A stretch of DNA of 64,000 bases, taken from NCBI GenBank assembly GCA_031422435.1, contig JANPLU010000112.1, positions 52,481-116,480 of the forward strand, written 5' to 3'. Origin of the DNA: Acaryochloridaceae cyanobacterium VAR_48_metabat_390 (lineage in GTDB: Bacteria; Cyanobacteriota; Cyanobacteriia; Thermosynechococcales; Thermosynechococcaceae). This document shows, piece by piece, positions 62,380 to 64,000 of this stretch. Position numbers and translations under genes: made by a program. The stretch's first letter is position 1. Every line of letters begins with the position of its first letter. The notes under the pieces were generated by a model. It saw only the letters and a list, made by a program, of their open reading frames with translations. It was not told the DNA's origin and searched no databases.

Positions 62380-63881
62380 CTATGAAGCTTCGATCCAAGG
62401 ATTTATTAAAGCTAAAACATCCTCAAACTGGAATTGGTTTACTAAGTCATTAAGGTATTTGAATAGTTCAGGCGATATTTCTTGGATCGGGCGAATATGT
62501 AGGTTTATTGCCTCCATATCGCATTCAAGTAGGGCCTGATAGAGATCTTTGAGAAGCGTCTGGGGCAATTCCTGAACGCAATGCGCGGATGGCGCATCAG
62601 GATACTGAAGGTTTTGTGTTTCAGGGAAAGATACTGATTTCTTATCCCCATAGCGCCTACCTAGCTTCTTAGCCATTAGTCTAAAAATTTCTTGGGGATG
62701 GTAGGGCTTGGAGACTACGGTATCAAATAGGTTTTCTTCAAGGGCTACAGCCTGATGGTGGAGAGACAGAGCCGTTAAACCAATGATGACGGTTGACCGA
62801 GTCGCCTTATGTTCCCGAATGCGGCGCGTTGCTTTAAGACTAGTCATGTCTGGCATGTCCAGATCTATCCAGATAAGGTGGGGATGCCATCTTTCCCACA
62901 GTGAAAATGCTTCTTGGGCATTCTCAACTTCGCGCACTTGAAACCCTACGGAATGAAACAACTGCACCAAAATCTCTTGATTAGTTGCCCGATCTCCAAC
63001 CACGAGGAGCCGAAAGGGTTTTTGATTGGGTTGCAAGGTCAGAACGGAGCGGGAACTTAAGGGTTCTGCCTCGGTCCCTGTGGGAATAACGTTTACGGGA
63101 ATCGCAAACTGAAAACAACTGCCCTGGCTCAGCTGGCTTGTGACGGAAATAGTTCCCCCCATCAGTTGGATAAAGGCTTGACTAATCGGTAGACCAAGAC
63201 CCGTTCCTCCCTGGAAATTCTGTCCCGCTCTGGTTTGCACAAAAGCTTCAAAGATACTGTCAATCTCTTCTGGTGCAATGCCTATGCCAGTATCTTCAAT
63301 AGCAAACACAAGTTTTGTTTGAGACGATGAGAATTGTGCCTCTAAAGTGTTTGAATCGACCTGTACACGTAATATGATGTGACCTCTCTGCGTAAATTTA
63401 AGTGCATTACCGAGAAGATTCATGAGTACTTGCCGCAATTTTGTTTCATCGGCATGAATATATTTTGGGACTGTTAAGTCCTGTTCAATTTTTAAGTTCA
63501 GACCTTTCTCTTCCGCCTTTAAGCTGAAGATTTCTTGAAGGTCAGTCAACATCCGTGTCAAGTCGCAGTCTTTTTCGACGAGAGTTGTCCGGCCAACCTC
63601 AATTTTGGACATATCCAATACATCATTGATAAGGGTGCGTAGATGTGCCCCGCTGCGGTTAATAATACGGAGGTTTTCTTGCTGATTGTTGTTTAGAGTC
63701 GTATCCTCCGATAAGAGTTGACTGAACCCAAGAATCGCGTTGAGTGGAGTACGTAATTCATGACTCATATTGGCTAAAAAGGCACTCTTTGCTTTACTAG
63801 CCTCCTCTGCAGTTTCCTTAGCTATTTTTAAGTCGAGGGTTCGTCTCTCGACCCTTCGCTCAAGCTCTTCATTCATCTTGC
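62380..63881 (-). pseudogene. Hybrid histidine kinase (HisKA-HATPase-REC), 5' part cut off by an IS
   Basis: MSHELRTP, NALKFT, GTGLGL and a REC domain. Begins at a coiled-coil linker directly next to the IS end. Confidence 0.75.
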
Positions 63882-64000
63882 GGTAGTCCTCCAGATGTAA
63901 GGATAAGATTGTCAAGACATCTTTAGCTCCTTATTACAAATGCCAAGTTGCCCAAGCTGCAAATCGAAAAATGTAGTCAAAAATGGTTTTATCCATAACG
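63882..64000 (+). mobile_element. IS1-family insertion sequence, left end (partial)
   Basis: IS1-like terminus GGTAGTCCTCCA followed by an InsA-like ORF. Confidence 0.75.
63940..64000 (+). CDS. IS1-family transposase InsA N-terminus (partial)
   Basis: MPSCPSCKSKNVVKNGFIHN zinc-ribbon start. Confidence 0.8.
   Translation, partial: MPSCPSCKSKNVVKNGFIHN

Noticed and set aside
1..64000. CRISPR array or cas genes
   Set aside because: No regularly spaced repeat-spacer units or Cas motifs were seen; the recurring GCGATCGC is HIP1.

Overview
Cyanobacterial chromosomal segment of roughly 50% GC (estimated by eye). The assignment rests on abundant HIP1 GCGATCGC octamers, ccmP, xisH/xisI and DUF4330. 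The backbone is housekeeping: cobQ, tyrA, nei, leuC, a GH57 enzyme, spp, cynS, hemE, bioA/bioB, a B12-riboswitch-led cobG-cobH-cobI operon, RNase II, rpsR/rpmG and queG. Four accessory patches interrupt it. (1) A degraded islet beside tRNA-Val(GAC). (2) An xisHI plus toxin-antitoxin islet between 131-bp direct repeats. (3) A hotspot between bioA and bioB holding an attC-like site, brnTA, a frameshifted 7-repeat GloVer propeller gene, a luxR remnant and hicAB. (4) A HIP1-poor two-component cluster with two tandem receiver/His-less pseudokinase genes, a kinase carrying a 51-bp in-frame palindromic insertion at a HIP1 site, and a kinase cut by an IS1-family element at the window edge. All calls come from reading the sequence and recognising motifs; no database searches were run.
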